A stretch of 32,000 nucleotides of DNA, from the NCBI RefSeq assembly GCF_001735745.1, contig NZ_CP017260.1, positions 1,230,001-1,262,000 of the forward strand, written 5' to 3'. This document shows, one piece after another, positions 16,367 to 26,251 of the stretch. This DNA is from Formosa sp. Hel1_33_131 (GTDB taxonomy: Bacteria > Bacteroidota > Bacteroidia > Flavobacteriales > Flavobacteriaceae). The translations under genes were made by a program, and so were the position numbers. Positions within the stretch are counted from its first letter, which is position 1; every line of letters starts with the position of its first letter. Under the pieces are notes generated by a model. That model did no database searches. It was not told where the DNA came from and saw only the letters and a program-made list of their open reading frames with translations.

Positions 16367-19300
16367 CTAGCACACTTTAACCTGTAAACTTGCATTTATG
16401 TACACGAGTATTTTTTTGACAACCTTATACCCCATTTCTTCAATAATTTCCGAATAATTTGCCAGCTGGGCTTCGTATTTGTCGTAAGGATCTCCTGTCT
16501 TATAATCAATAACTACGGCTGTTGCGTCCTTAAAAACGACCAATCGATCTGGAATAATGATTTTTCCGCTGGAAGTCATAATTTCTCTTTCGTTATAAAC
16601 CTCTACATCTGAGCTATAATAGGAAGCTAGTAATGGGTGGCTAACAATCGCGTTTAAAGTGCCCGAAAGTTCATCACTTTGAGTCGATGAGATTACACCT
16701 GCATTAAAAAAATCATTCAGCGTAATTTCAATATCTACTTTGGTGTAAATTTTTGACATTAATAAATGAATCAAATTACCCTTCTCAAGCGCTTCTTTTT
16801 GTGTCGTATCCCATAAATACCCTGCGTTGGTGGCCATTGACACGTTGAGGTGTTCTTTTGGTGTGGATATAAATTCGCGCTGAAAAACTGTCGGGTATTT
16901 TGCGGATTTTGGAGCGTCTATGCTCTCAAACGATCCAAACTCGTATTCCACCGTTCCATCTTCCCATCGCCCCGATGATTTTAGATAATTGATCAGAAGC
17001 CCTGAATATGTTTTTAGATTTTCTGCTCCGTTTTTGGCAACCGCTGCATTTCCTACAATATATAATTGTTCAACCGCCCTAGTGAGCGCTACATATAATA
17101 GGTTGATATTATCAAGCTCTAATTTTGATTGATGATCTTTAAAAATAGCAGCCCCTTCCGAGCCAAATGACTCAAAATCTTTATTGTAGTTTAATAAAAA
17201 ATGTGGGAAAGGAGCATAAGAGGCATCCATTGGCATCCATTCTTTTGGCTCCAATTCTTTATAAATGTCCAATTCTGCAAAAGGAAAAATAACAACTGGA
17301 AACTCCAACCCTTTCGATTTATGAACCGTCATAATTTGAACGGCATTAATGCCTTTCGGGGTCACAACGCTTAGACTGTCTTTTTTGAGGTTGAAGTGGT
17401 CTATAAATTGACGGATACTCGACGTTGGTTTTTGAGTAAATTCGACCACAAAGTCCAAGAAAAATTGAATGTAAGCATTCGATGTTTTTGCCAATTGAAA
17501 GCTACTAATGATATATTCTACAGATTCATAAATAGAAAGCTGTAAAGCAGTTTTAGGAGAAAAGATCAACCCTAAAGGCTCTAGGACTTTAAAAAACGTG
17601 GCGCGATTTAATGGAATACACTTTACACGGAACAAGTGCGGGTCGCCGACATCTACGTGGGATGCGATATAATTGATCACCTCCAATTTGGCTTCCATAT
17701 TAGACGGTTCATGGACATACTCCAACACGCTCATAATGTGTTTTACCTCTGGAGATTGCGCCACTAAAAGCGTCTCGCTTGAAACAATATCAATTTTTGA
17801 CTGGCTTAATAAATTTGCCACCGCAACACCGTCTTTTCGTTTTCGGACCAAGACACAAATATCTTTCAAGGCAGCATCCTCGCTTGATTCTAAATAAGAT
17901 CTAATGATTTTTAGAACTTTTTCTGCATATAAAAGCGATTTGTCTTCACCCTTTTCAAACTCTAAAAAGGAAATATTTACATAACCCGTTTTGTCATTAA
18001 ATTCCAATTGAGGAGGTGATTGGTATAAGGACTTATAAGTCTCATTTGAGAACACAACCGTCGAGAGGTGTTTGAAAAAATTATTATTAAAATTGACCAC
18101 CTGTCTGCAACTTCTATAATTTGTTGGAAGGTGAGAAAGCGATGCATCAAAAGGGAATTCGGTTGCATTGTTGTGTAAATTGATGAACTGCTCTGCCTTT
18201 CCACCTCTCCAACGATAAATGGCCTGTTTGGCATCGCCCACCAACATAGCGCTCCCATTTTCTTCCGCCAAAGTGTTTGTTAATAAGGGCACTAAATTTT
18301 CCCATTGCAATTCGGAAGTGTCTTGAAACTCATCAATAAAAAAGTGATTAAACTTTTCTCCGATGCGCTCATAAATAAAAGGCGCTGGCTGGTCTTTTAT
18401 TTGCTGACTTATGATGGTATTAAATTCAGAAATCATCAATAAGTTTTCCTCGTCTTTGATTGTTTTTATCTCTTGGTGTATTAAATTCAGAACCGATAGT
18501 GGAGTGGTGTTTTTTCGAATATTTTTTAAATACCGAATTCTATAAACCGCTTCTTTTGTTTTATGGAATACTTCTACAAGCTGAGGACGAAGCCCGTCAA
18601 TAGCAGCGGCAACGTGCGGCGGTGCTTTTTTAGTGTACAGCGAGGTCGTTTCTATAGATTGTTGCCATACGGCTACATATTTAATGTCAAATTTTCCGGA
18701 GGCTAAGTCCTTAAAGTGTTTTGGCAAAGACCCTCGTGTAAAATCTGAAAACTCAATACCATTGGCTGTAATCACATCTAAAATTTGGGTGGACAGCTCT
18801 ACAACTTGTATTTCTGTTTCACTAATGTCTTTTGTTAAGGTTGATTTCAACGCGCCAAATTCCTGTAATGAACGTTGCGAAAGCACCTCTAAAAATGGTG
18901 CATCCGTCTCCCTTGTTAACAGCTTGGCTGTTTTTGCTAGGTCTAAAGCAATGTTCCAACTTTTATCGTCGTCCGCTTTTTCTATCGCAAATTCAACCAA
19001 CACTTTTGTGAGTGCCTTGTTTTTTCCCGCTTTGGAGAGCAAACGACTGACGGCTTTTTGGAGTAAAAGATCAGTGTCCAATTCGACCTCAAAATTCATC
19101 GGGAGTTTTAAATCAAAGGCAAAGGTGCGAATCAACTTTTGAGTAAACTTATCAATCGTAGAGATGTCAAAGGCAGCATAATTATGCAGTATTTTACTGA
19201 GAAGTTGTTTGGATTTCAGGTGGATTTCTTTTGGGGAACTTCCCAATTCACTCACAACTTGCTCAAACAAGGAATCTGATTGACTTAAAATAGAGGGCGC

Positions 19301-19498
19301 CGCAAATGTCATCAATGCTTCTACAATCCGCGTTTTCATTTCATCCACAGCCTTATTGGTAAAAGTAATCGCCAAAACATGCCGATGCGGTAAGAATTCT
19401 TTAGAAGTCAGAACTATTTTTAAATAGTCTTTGACTAAGGTAAATGTTTTCCCACTTCCAGCCGAAGCATTATAGATATTGAATGTTGATGCGCTCAC
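16367..19498 (-). CDS. UvrD-like helicase with C-terminal PD-(D/E)XK nuclease (AddA/RexA-like)
   Basis: 1043 aa with Walker A AGSGKTFTL, motif II FFIDEFQDTS, and the C-terminal nuclease motif IPDRLVV...VVIDYKTGD. Confidence 0.85.
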   Translation of the reverse strand: MSASTFNIYNASAGSGKTFTLVKDYLKIVLTSKEFLPHRHVLAITFTNKAVDEMKTRIVEALMTFAAPSILSQSDSLFEQVVSELGSSPKEIHLKSKQLLSKILHNYAAFDISTIDKFTQKLIRTFAFDLKLPMNFEVELDTDLLLQKAVSRLLSKAGKNKALTKVLVEFAIEKADDDKSWNIALDLAKTAKLLTRETDAPFLEVLSQRSLQEFGALKSTLTKDISETEIQVVELSTQILDVITANGIEFSDFTRGSLPKHFKDLASGKFDIKYVAVWQQSIETTSLYTKKAPPHVAAAIDGLRPQLVEVFHKTKEAVYRIRYLKNIRKNTTPLSVLNLIHQEIKTIKDEENLLMISEFNTIISQQIKDQPAPFIYERIGEKFNHFFIDEFQDTSELQWENLVPLLTNTLAEENGSAMLVGDAKQAIYRWRGGKAEQFINLHNNATEFPFDASLSHLPTNYRSCRQVVNFNNNFFKHLSTVVFSNETYKSLYQSPPQLEFNDKTGYVNISFLEFEKGEDKSLLYAEKVLKIIRSYLESSEDAALKDICVLVRKRKDGVAVANLLSQSKIDIVSSETLLVAQSPEVKHIMSVLEYVHEPSNMEAKLEVINYIASHVDVGDPHLFRVKCIPLNRATFFKVLEPLGLIFSPKTALQLSIYESVEYIISSFQLAKTSNAYIQFFLDFVVEFTQKPTSSIRQFIDHFNLKKDSLSVVTPKGINAVQIMTVHKSKGLEFPVVIFPFAELDIYKELEPKEWMPMDASYAPFPHFLLNYNKDFESFGSEGAAIFKDHQSKLELDNINLLYVALTRAVEQLYIVGNAAVAKNGAENLKTYSGLLINYLKSSGRWEDGTVEYEFGSFESIDAPKSAKYPTVFQREFISTPKEHLNVSMATNAGYLWDTTQKEALEKGNLIHLLMSKIYTKVDIEITLNDFFNAGVISSTQSDELSGTLNAIVSHPLLASYYSSDVEVYNEREIMTSSGKIIIPDRLVVFKDATAVVIDYKTGDPYDKYEAQLANYSEIIEEMGYKVVKKILVYINASLQVKVC

Positions 19499-19565
19499 TA
19501 AATAAAATTTATACCAAAATAAACAATCTTAATTATATATGCTCGTAATTTTTATTTGAATATTG

Positions 19566-19573
19566 TAAATTTG
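19566..19573 (+). promoter_or_regulatory. -7 promoter box TAAATTTG upstream of sodA
   Basis: It matches TAnnTTTG and lies 33 nt before the ATG at 19607. Confidence 0.5.
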
Positions 19574-19606
19574 AAATAATTATTTAAACACTTAAAATAA
19601 ATTCTT

Positions 19607-20215
19607 ATGGCTTTTGAATTACCAAAATTAAATTATGCTTACGATGCGCTCGAGCCTAATATTGATGCACGAACAATGGAAATCCACCATTCTAAGCATC
19701 ATAATGGGTATACAAACAATCTAAACGCTGCAATTGCAGGAACTGATTTAGAAAACAAATCAATTGAAACAATTCTTGGAAACTTGGATATGTCTAACAA
19801 GGCTGTCCGAAATAACGGTGGTGGATTTTACAACCATTCACTTTTCTGGAACGTTATGAATCCTGAAGGAAAAGAAGCACTTTCTGGAGAGCTTAAAGAG
19901 GCGATTCTTGCCGCTTACGGTTCTTTCGAAGATTTTAAAACCGCTTTCAGTAAAGCTGCTGCAACACAGTTTGGGTCTGGATGGGCTTGGTTATGTGTTC
20001 ATAAAGGGGGGAAAGTAGAAGTATGTTCTACACCAAACCAAGACAACCCATTAATGCCAGGTGTATCATGTGAAGGAACTCCAATCTTAGGATTAGATGT
20101 TTGGGAACATGCTTATTACTTAAACTACCAAAACCGTCGTCCAGATTATATTGAAGCGTTCTTTAATGTTATTAATTGGAAAGAGGTTGAAACACGTTTT
20201 GCTGCTGCAAAATAA
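19607..20215 (+). CDS. sodA: Superoxide dismutase (Fe/Mn family, Mn-type signature)
   Basis: 202 aa with HHSKHH and DVWEHAYYL. The Mn-type features are [11 protein letters not shown] and a Gln in [10 protein letters not shown]. Confidence 0.93.
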   Translation: MAFELPKLNYAYDALEPNIDARTMEIHHSKHHNGYTNNLNAAIAGTDLENKSIETILGNLDMSNKAVRNNGGGFYNHSLFWNVMNPEGKEALSGELKEAILAAYGSFEDFKTAFSKAAATQFGSGWAWLCVHKGGKVEVCSTPNQDNPLMPGVSCEGTPILGLDVWEHAYYLNYQNRRPDYIEAFFNVINWKEVETRFAAAK

Positions 20216-20243
20216 GTTTTAAAAAACAATGGAAAATAAAAAA

Positions 20244-20267
20244 GGTGAACTTGCGTTCACCTTTTTT
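20244..20267. terminator. Bidirectional Rho-independent terminator between sodA and purF
   Basis: The stem is GGTGAAC/GTTCACC with loop TTGC. It is flanked by A-runs upstream and TTTTTT downstream, so it reads as a terminator on both strands. Confidence 0.8.
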
Positions 20268-20389
20268 GCCCCAAATCTACCATGAACTTAACCTACTTAT
20301 GTTATGGTGAGTCAAAGATAGCAGTTTAATACATAGTGAAAATTTATTTTAGACGAACTGCGTATTTATTAGATAAACTGTACTTTACA

Positions 20390-22288
20390 TCAGTAAGCTC
20401 TTTCATTATTCTCTTCAAAAAAGTTGATATACGCCCGATTCACCACTCGATTACCTCCTGGAGTTGGATAATTTCCTGTGAAATACCAGTCTCCTAAGTT
20501 TTTCGGACAGGCTTTATGTAAGTTTTCTATGGATTGAAATATGATTTTAACCTCAGCGTTGATCCCGTCTTCACTCAGCAGCTCCGCTATTTTATCCGAC
20601 ACTTGTTCTGGAGTAAAGGGTGCATAAATTTCTTTCACAAAATTTTGAACTTCTGTGTCTATTAAATTTTCTTGTGCTTTACAGCGTGCGTAGATATCTT
20701 CAACAATATGGTACTTGTTCGCATCTTTTAACAGAGATAATGCCGCTCTAAACGCCACCAATCCTTCAAGGTTTGCCATGTCAATTCCATAACAATCTGG
20801 ATAGCGAATTTGTGGAGCTGAAGACACCACCACAATCCGTTTAGGTGACAATCGGTCCACCATTTTTAGAATACTTTTCTTTAAAGTCGTCCCGCGAACA
20901 ATACTATCATCAATGATAACAAGGTTATCTTCTGGCTTGATCACACCATAAGTCACATCGTACACATGCGCCACTAAATCATCGCGACTGCTGTCTTCTG
21001 TAATAAAGGTTCTTAGTTTGACGTCTTTAATAGCAATTTTTTCGACACGTGTATGTTCCGAAAGAATTTGAGTCACTTTTTCGGCAGAAAGCGAACGAGT
21101 CCCTTTCAATATTTGTTCTGTTTTCTTTTTGTTCAAATACTCCTCAACATTTTCAATCATCCCAAAAAACGACGTTTCAGCCGTATTAGGAATGTATGAA
21201 AACACCGTATTTTTTATATCATAATCCACGTGCTTCAAGACTTCGGGAACAATAAGTTTTCCGAGTAATTTACGTTCTTGGTAAATTTCAGCATCACTTC
21301 CTCTGGAAAAATAAATACGTTCAAACGAACAAGCCTTCCGCTCTAAAGGTTCCAAAATTTGATCGATCGAAGTTTCTCCCGATTTTTTAGTAATAATAGC
21401 ACTCCCTGGTGGCAATTCGTGAACCGCATCATAATCGACATTAAAAACGGTTTGAATTACTGGACGTTCAGAAGCAACAACCACAACTTCGTCGTCCATA
21501 TAATAATAGGCCGGTCGAATTCCTGAAGGATCTCTCAATACAAAAGAGTCTCCATGCCCTAAAAGTCCCGCCATAGCATAACCGCCATCCCAGCTTTTAG
21601 CCGCTTTTTTTAATATTTTTTTAAGGTTTAAACGTTCCGCAATCAATGGCGAACACTCCATTTTGGTGTACCCTTCTTTTTTGAGTTTTTTGTAAAGTTT
21701 TGAAACCGCATCATCCAGAAAATGTCCAATTTTCTCCATAATGGTGATGGTGTCCGTATACTCTTTAGGGTGCTGTCCAATCTCAACAAGGTTTTTAAAC
21801 AAACTTTTAACATTGGTCATGTTAAAGTTTCCTGCTAATATTACATTTCGATGCATCCAATTGTTTTGTCTTAAAAAGGGGTGGACGCTTTCAACACTGT
21901 TTTTTCCAAATGTCCCATAACGAACATGCCCCAACATCACTTCTCCTAAATAAGGTACTACCTTTTTTTGTGCCTCCGCATCCTCTGCGACTTCCGGATG
22001 CTCTGCCAAAACATCATTAATTCGATTGTTGATCTGATCAAAAATATCTTGAATTGGCTGCTGTGCTATCGAACGGACACGACTTATATAACGCTCTCCA
22101 GGTTGCATATCTAATTTAATACTTGCAAAACCCGCGCCATCCTGACCACGGTTGTGCTGCTTTTCCATAATGAGGTACATCTTATTGATGCCGTAAAAAG
22201 CCGTTCCGTATTTCTTTTTATAAAACTCTAAGGGTTTTAAAAGTCTGATGTGTGCAATTCCACATTCGTGTTTTATAGCATCGCTCAT
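20390..22288 (-). CDS. purF: Amidophosphoribosyltransferase (long Bacteroidota form)
   Basis: 632 aa with an N-terminal nucleophile context MSDAIKHECGIAHI and a PRPP-binding motif LVIIDDSIVRGTTLKKS. Confidence 0.9.
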   Translation of the reverse strand: MSDAIKHECGIAHIRLLKPLEFYKKKYGTAFYGINKMYLIMEKQHNRGQDGAGFASIKLDMQPGERYISRVRSIAQQPIQDIFDQINNRINDVLAEHPEVAEDAEAQKKVVPYLGEVMLGHVRYGTFGKNSVESVHPFLRQNNWMHRNVILAGNFNMTNVKSLFKNLVEIGQHPKEYTDTITIMEKIGHFLDDAVSKLYKKLKKEGYTKMECSPLIAERLNLKKILKKAAKSWDGGYAMAGLLGHGDSFVLRDPSGIRPAYYYMDDEVVVVASERPVIQTVFNVDYDAVHELPPGSAIITKKSGETSIDQILEPLERKACSFERIYFSRGSDAEIYQERKLLGKLIVPEVLKHVDYDIKNTVFSYIPNTAETSFFGMIENVEEYLNKKKTEQILKGTRSLSAEKVTQILSEHTRVEKIAIKDVKLRTFITEDSSRDDLVAHVYDVTYGVIKPEDNLVIIDDSIVRGTTLKKSILKMVDRLSPKRIVVVSSAPQIRYPDCYGIDMANLEGLVAFRAALSLLKDANKYHIVEDIYARCKAQENLIDTEVQNFVKEIYAPFTPEQVSDKIAELLSEDGINAEVKIIFQSIENLHKACPKNLGDWYFTGNYPTPGGNRVVNRAYINFFEENNERAY

Positions 22289-22330
22289 TTAAGTGTCCTA
22301 ATTAAATAATTAATATATATTAAAAAAGAA

Positions 22331-22349
22331 ACGCGCCAAATTGGCGCGT
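22331..22349 (-). terminator. Rho-independent terminator after the PfkB kinase gene
   Basis: The stem is ACGCGCC/GGCGCGT around AAATT. On the minus strand it is followed by TTCTTTTTT. Confidence 0.7.
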
Positions 22350-22353
22350 TTTA

Positions 22354-23283
22354 TTATGTTGTTAATTCTATTTCAAATCGTGTCAGATCCTTAAAAGCCT
22401 TGAGACGCGTGTGAATCTCTTCGGGTTGTAAAGACTCTAATCGGTCGGTGCCAAATTTCTCTACACAAAACGATGCGAGCGCGGATCCGTGTATGACCGC
22501 TTTTTTCATATTCTCAAAGGATATGTTTTCTGTCTGTGCTAAAAATCCTGCGAACCCTCCTGCAAAAGTATCGCCTGCCCCCGTAGGGTCAAAAACAGAT
22601 TCTAATGGCAATGCGGGTGCAAAGAACACATTGGAGTCGTTAAATAATAACGCCCCATGTTCTCCTTTTTTAATGACTACATACTCAGGACCCATAGTAT
22701 GTATTTTTTTTGCCGCAGCTACTAAAGAGTGTTCTCCTGTAAGTTGACGAGCTTCTTCGTCATTAATGGTAATGATATCCACACGCTTGATTACCTCTAA
22801 GAGGTCATTCAATGCATGATCCATCCAAAAATTCATCGTATCCAAAATAACCAATGTTGAAGGATCTGTCATTTGATCTAAAACACTCGATTGAACTATC
22901 GGGTGTAGGTTTCCTAACACTAAGATCTTAGCATCTTTATAAGCATCGGGAACTATGGGTTGAAAATTTTCTAATACATTCAGCTCTGTTGCCAAGGTAT
23001 CACGCGTATTCATATCGTTGTGATAGCGTCCACTCCAGAAAAATGTTTTGCCTTCTTTTATAATTTCAATACTTGAAGTATCGATGTCTCTTTTTACAAA
23101 AAGATCTAAATAGTCTTGAGGAAAATCGCCGCCCACAACAGAGACGATAGCACTGTCAACTTCAAATTGTGCGGCAGAAAGCCCTATATAAGAAGCGGAT
23201 CCACCGAGTATTTTATCAGTCTTTCCAAAAGGAGTTTCAACAGCATCAAATGCAACGGTTCCAACAATTACCAATTTACTCAT
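22354..23283 (-). CDS. PfkB-family carbohydrate/nucleoside kinase
   Basis: 309 aa with PfkB signature DPTGAGDTFAGGF and an N-terminal GG-containing substrate lid. Confidence 0.85.
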   Translation of the reverse strand: MSKLVIVGTVAFDAVETPFGKTDKILGGSASYIGLSAAQFEVDSAIVSVVGGDFPQDYLDLFVKRDIDTSSIEIIKEGKTFFWSGRYHNDMNTRDTLATELNVLENFQPIVPDAYKDAKILVLGNLHPIVQSSVLDQMTDPSTLVILDTMNFWMDHALNDLLEVIKRVDIITINDEEARQLTGEHSLVAAAKKIHTMGPEYVVIKKGEHGALLFNDSNVFFAPALPLESVFDPTGAGDTFAGGFAGFLAQTENISFENMKKAVIHGSALASFCVEKFGTDRLESLQPEEIHTRLKAFKDLTRFEIELTT

Positions 23284-23364
23284 AGAATATTTTAAAAATT
23301 AAAGAGCAAAGTTACGTATTTTTTAGTCTTTATAAAACAATAAACTGCGCCCTAATGACTTAAT

Positions 23365-24006
23365 TTATTTCCGTCCAAAATCGGCAGGGATTTCACCCCA
23401 AGCCTTGGTTTCCCACTTGACAATTACGGTCGTGTAAGCGTTGTTTTTTAACCATACCACAGCACGGTCTACAAGATTAAATAAAGCTACATTCCTTTCT
23501 GAACGCTCTAACTTTGTATTGCATTGTTTTTTTTTGACCCAACTCATCGCGGTTCTTGAATCGGTATAAAGAATTCGGTTGCTGTTATTTTGTTTTAAAA
23601 ATGCCAATCCATGTACAAGCGCCAAAAACTCACCGACATTGTTAGTTCCTTGCTCGTAAGGGCCTTTGTGAAACAATTGTTTTTTGGACTGGGTATCCAC
23701 CCCTCTATACTCCATAATGCCCGGGTTTCCACTGGAAGCAGCATCCACCGCAATTGAGTCGTAGTTCGGCTGACCTATGAGCTTTAATCGGGTTTCAGAC
23801 AAACCGCTTGAAAACTTTTTGGTTTTCCCGATGTAGTCTCTATAATTTCCATTCAGAGCCGTTTTTGCCAATTCAAAGGTTGGAAATGATTTGTATTGCG
23901 CCCCTTCAAAATTTGCGATTTGTGCTTTGCAATCGTTCCAAGTCTCAAAAACCCCTGTGTGGTGTCCTTTCCAAACCGTGTAATATTTTTTTTTGGGTTT
24001 AGCCAT
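23365..24006 (-). CDS. rnhA: Ribonuclease H with N-terminal hybrid-binding (viroplasmin-like) domain
   Basis: 213 aa. The N-terminus is YYTVWKGHHTGVFETWNDCKAQIANFEGAQYKSF. The RNase H core is AVDAASSGNPG, NNVGEFLAL and LYTDSRTA. Confidence 0.85.
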   Translation of the reverse strand: MAKPKKKYYTVWKGHHTGVFETWNDCKAQIANFEGAQYKSFPTFELAKTALNGNYRDYIGKTKKFSSGLSETRLKLIGQPNYDSIAVDAASSGNPGIMEYRGVDTQSKKQLFHKGPYEQGTNNVGEFLALVHGLAFLKQNNSNRILYTDSRTAMSWVKKKQCNTKLERSERNVALFNLVDRAVVWLKNNAYTTVIVKWETKAWGEIPADFGRK

Positions 24007-24565
24007 CTGTCGAAAGTATCTGCTGAACGACCTCTGGGAAGTATTTCATTTCTAATTCATGAATTTTAGCGGCGACATCGTTGGGGGTGTCTTTTTTATT
24101 AATGGAGCATTTTGCTTGAAAAATAATGGCACCTTCGTCATAATGTTCGTTCACATAATGAATTGTAATGCCTGATTCAGCTTCGTTATTTTCAACCACG
24201 GCTTTGTGCACATGCATGCCATACATGCCTTTTCCGCCATATTTTGGCAATAAAGCGGGATGCACGTTCACCACTTTGTTTTTGTAAGTTTCTAATAAGT
24301 GTTCCGGAAATTTCCATAAAAATCCTGCTAAAACAATTAAATCAAGATTTTTTAAATTTTCAACCGCCCATTTAGAATCGTTCAATTGTTCTTTGCCAAA
24401 TGTCAAATTCTTAACGCCCAACTTCGTAGCGCGCTCTAAAACTAGAGCGTTTGGATTGTTTGAAAGAACCAAAACCACCTCCGCTTTTTTGTTGTTTTGA
24501 AAATATCTAATTATATTTTCGGCGTTCGATCCAGATCCAGAAGCAAAAATTGCAATTCGTTTCAT
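23999..24565 (-). CDS. purN: Phosphoribosylglycinamide formyltransferase
   Basis: 188 aa with IAIFASGSGSNAE, VLAGF and NVHPALLPKYGG. Confidence 0.92.
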   Translation of the reverse strand: MKRIAIFASGSGSNAENIIRYFQNNKKAEVVLVLSNNPNALVLERATKLGVKNLTFGKEQLNDSKWAVENLKNLDLIVLAGFLWKFPEHLLETYKNKVVNVHPALLPKYGGKGMYGMHVHKAVVENNEAESGITIHYVNEHYDEGAIIFQAKCSINKKDTPNDVAAKIHELEMKYFPEVVQQILSTDG

Positions 24566-24706
24566 TAAAAATTTTTAGGTTGGGATTGTTCTACAAAAAA
24601 AAGAAAAAGAATTCACATTGAGAAGTAAAACAGCAACACATCATCGATTTCTACACAAATAAGTACACATTTTTAAACTATTTATGTTTTTTAATGTAAA
24701 GTTTTT

Positions 24707-24714
24707 TACTTTTG
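24707..24714 (+). promoter_or_regulatory. -7 promoter box TACTTTTG upstream of acpP
   Basis: It matches TAnnTTTG and lies 30 nt before the ATG at 24745. Confidence 0.5.
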
Positions 24715-24744
24715 CATCCTAATTAAAACTTAAAATTAAAGATT

Positions 24745-24978
24745 ATGTCAGACATTGCATCAAGAGTAAAAGCGATTATCGTAGACAAATTGGGCGTTGA
24801 TGAAAACGAAGTGGTTACAGAAGCTAGCTTCACAAACGACCTAGGCGCAGATTCGTTAGATACTGTAGAGCTTATAATGGAATTTGAAAAAGAATTCGAC
24901 ATTCAAATCCCAGATGACCAAGCAGAAAACATTGCGACTGTAGGTCAAGCTGTTTCATATATTGAAGCTGCAAAATAA
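24745..24978 (+). CDS. acpP: Acyl carrier protein
   Basis: 77 aa with the phosphopantetheine attachment motif [16 protein letters not shown]. Confidence 0.97.
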   Translation: MSDIASRVKAIIVDKLGVDENEVVTEASFTNDLGADSLDTVELIMEFEKEFDIQIPDDQAENIATVGQAVSYIEAAK

Positions 24979-24994
24979 TACCTTTTAATTTTTT

Positions 24995-26245
24995 ATGGAA
25001 CTAAAGCGCGTTGTAGTAACAGGTTTAGGAGCATTGACTCCTATTGGCAATAACATAGACACTTATTGGGAAGCCCTGATAAGTGGTAAAAGTGGTTGTG
25101 CCCCTGTGACTTATTTTGATACCGAACATTTCAAAACAAAGTTTGCTTGTGAATTAAAAAATTTCGATGTATCGGACTTCTTTGACCGAAAAGAAGCCCG
25201 AAAAATGGATCGGTTTGCGCAATATGCTATGGTGGCTTCTGACGAAGCCATCATAGATGCCAAACTAGATTTAGACGCCTTAAACAAATTTAGAGTCGGC
25301 GTTATTTGGGGTGCTGGAATTGGCGGAATTGAAACCTTCCAAAACGAAGTGATGAACTTTGCCAATGGTAATGGAACCCCGAGATTTAATCCCTTTTTTA
25401 TTCCCAAAATGATTGCAGATATTGCCCCTGGTAATATTTCTATCAAACATGGGTTTATGGGACCAAACTATACAACTGTATCTGCTTGTGCATCCTCAGC
25501 CAATGCGATCTTTGACGCTTTAAATTTAATTCGTCTTGGGCATTGTGATGTTATTGTCACTGGCGGAAGTGAAGCGACCATCAACCAATCAGGAATGGGT
25601 GGCTTTAATGCAATGCATGCATTGTCTACAAGAAATGAAAGCCCAGAAACTGCTTCGAGACCTTTTGACGGTACCAGAGATGGTTTTGTTTTAGGTGAAG
25701 GTGCAGGAGCTCTTATTTTAGAGGATTACGACCACGCCAAAGCAAGAGGCGCAAAAATATATGCAGAACTTATCGGTGGCGGACTCTCTTCGGATGCCTA
25801 CCATATGACCGCACCACATCCCGATGGGATTGGCGTGATTGCAGTGATGAAAAACTGTTTAGAAAATGCAGGAATTAAACCAGAGAACGTAGATGCTATT
25901 AATACGCATGGAACTTCTACACCTCTAGGAGATGTCGCAGAATTGAAAGCGATATCGGAAGTTTTTGGAGCGCATGCCAAAAACATAAATATAAATTCTA
26001 CAAAATCCATGACTGGACACTTACTTGGTGCCGCTGGAGCAATTGAAGCTATTGCCGCTATTTTATCGATAGAGCATGGCATTGTACCTCCAACGATCAA
26101 CCACGTTACTCCAGACGAAAATATTGACCCTGAATTAAATCTTACCTTAAACAAGGCTCAAAAGCGAGACGTTAAAATCGCCATGAGTAATACGTTTGGT
26201 TTTGGTGGTCATAACGCCTGTGTTGTATTCAAGAAATTAGATTAA
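24995..26245 (+). CDS. fabF: Beta-ketoacyl-ACP synthase II
   Basis: 416 aa with active-site Cys in TVSACASSANAI, His residues in NTHGTSTPLGD and KSMTGHLLGAAG, and C-terminal NTFGFGGHN. Confidence 0.96.
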   Translation: MELKRVVVTGLGALTPIGNNIDTYWEALISGKSGCAPVTYFDTEHFKTKFACELKNFDVSDFFDRKEARKMDRFAQYAMVASDEAIIDAKLDLDALNKFRVGVIWGAGIGGIETFQNEVMNFANGNGTPRFNPFFIPKMIADIAPGNISIKHGFMGPNYTTVSACASSANAIFDALNLIRLGHCDVIVTGGSEATINQSGMGGFNAMHALSTRNESPETASRPFDGTRDGFVLGEGAGALILEDYDHAKARGAKIYAELIGGGLSSDAYHMTAPHPDGIGVIAVMKNCLENAGIKPENVDAINTHGTSTPLGDVAELKAISEVFGAHAKNININSTKSMTGHLLGAAGAIEAIAAILSIEHGIVPPTINHVTPDENIDPELNLTLNKAQKRDVKIAMSNTFGFGGHNACVVFKKLD

Positions 26246-26251
26246 CTTCTG

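Noticed and set aside
17673-19142. ORFs of 74, 93 and 169 aa within the helicase gene
   Set aside because: They are antisense or alternate-frame, low-complexity (Ser-rich), and lie inside a CDS with clear helicase motifs.
11967-19498. Helicase plus nuclease as a phage-defence system (Gabija- or Hachiman-like)
   Set aside because: The sizes, motif order and C-terminal nuclease on both proteins fit the housekeeping AddAB/RexAB-type recombination enzyme. The surrounding genes are core metabolism.
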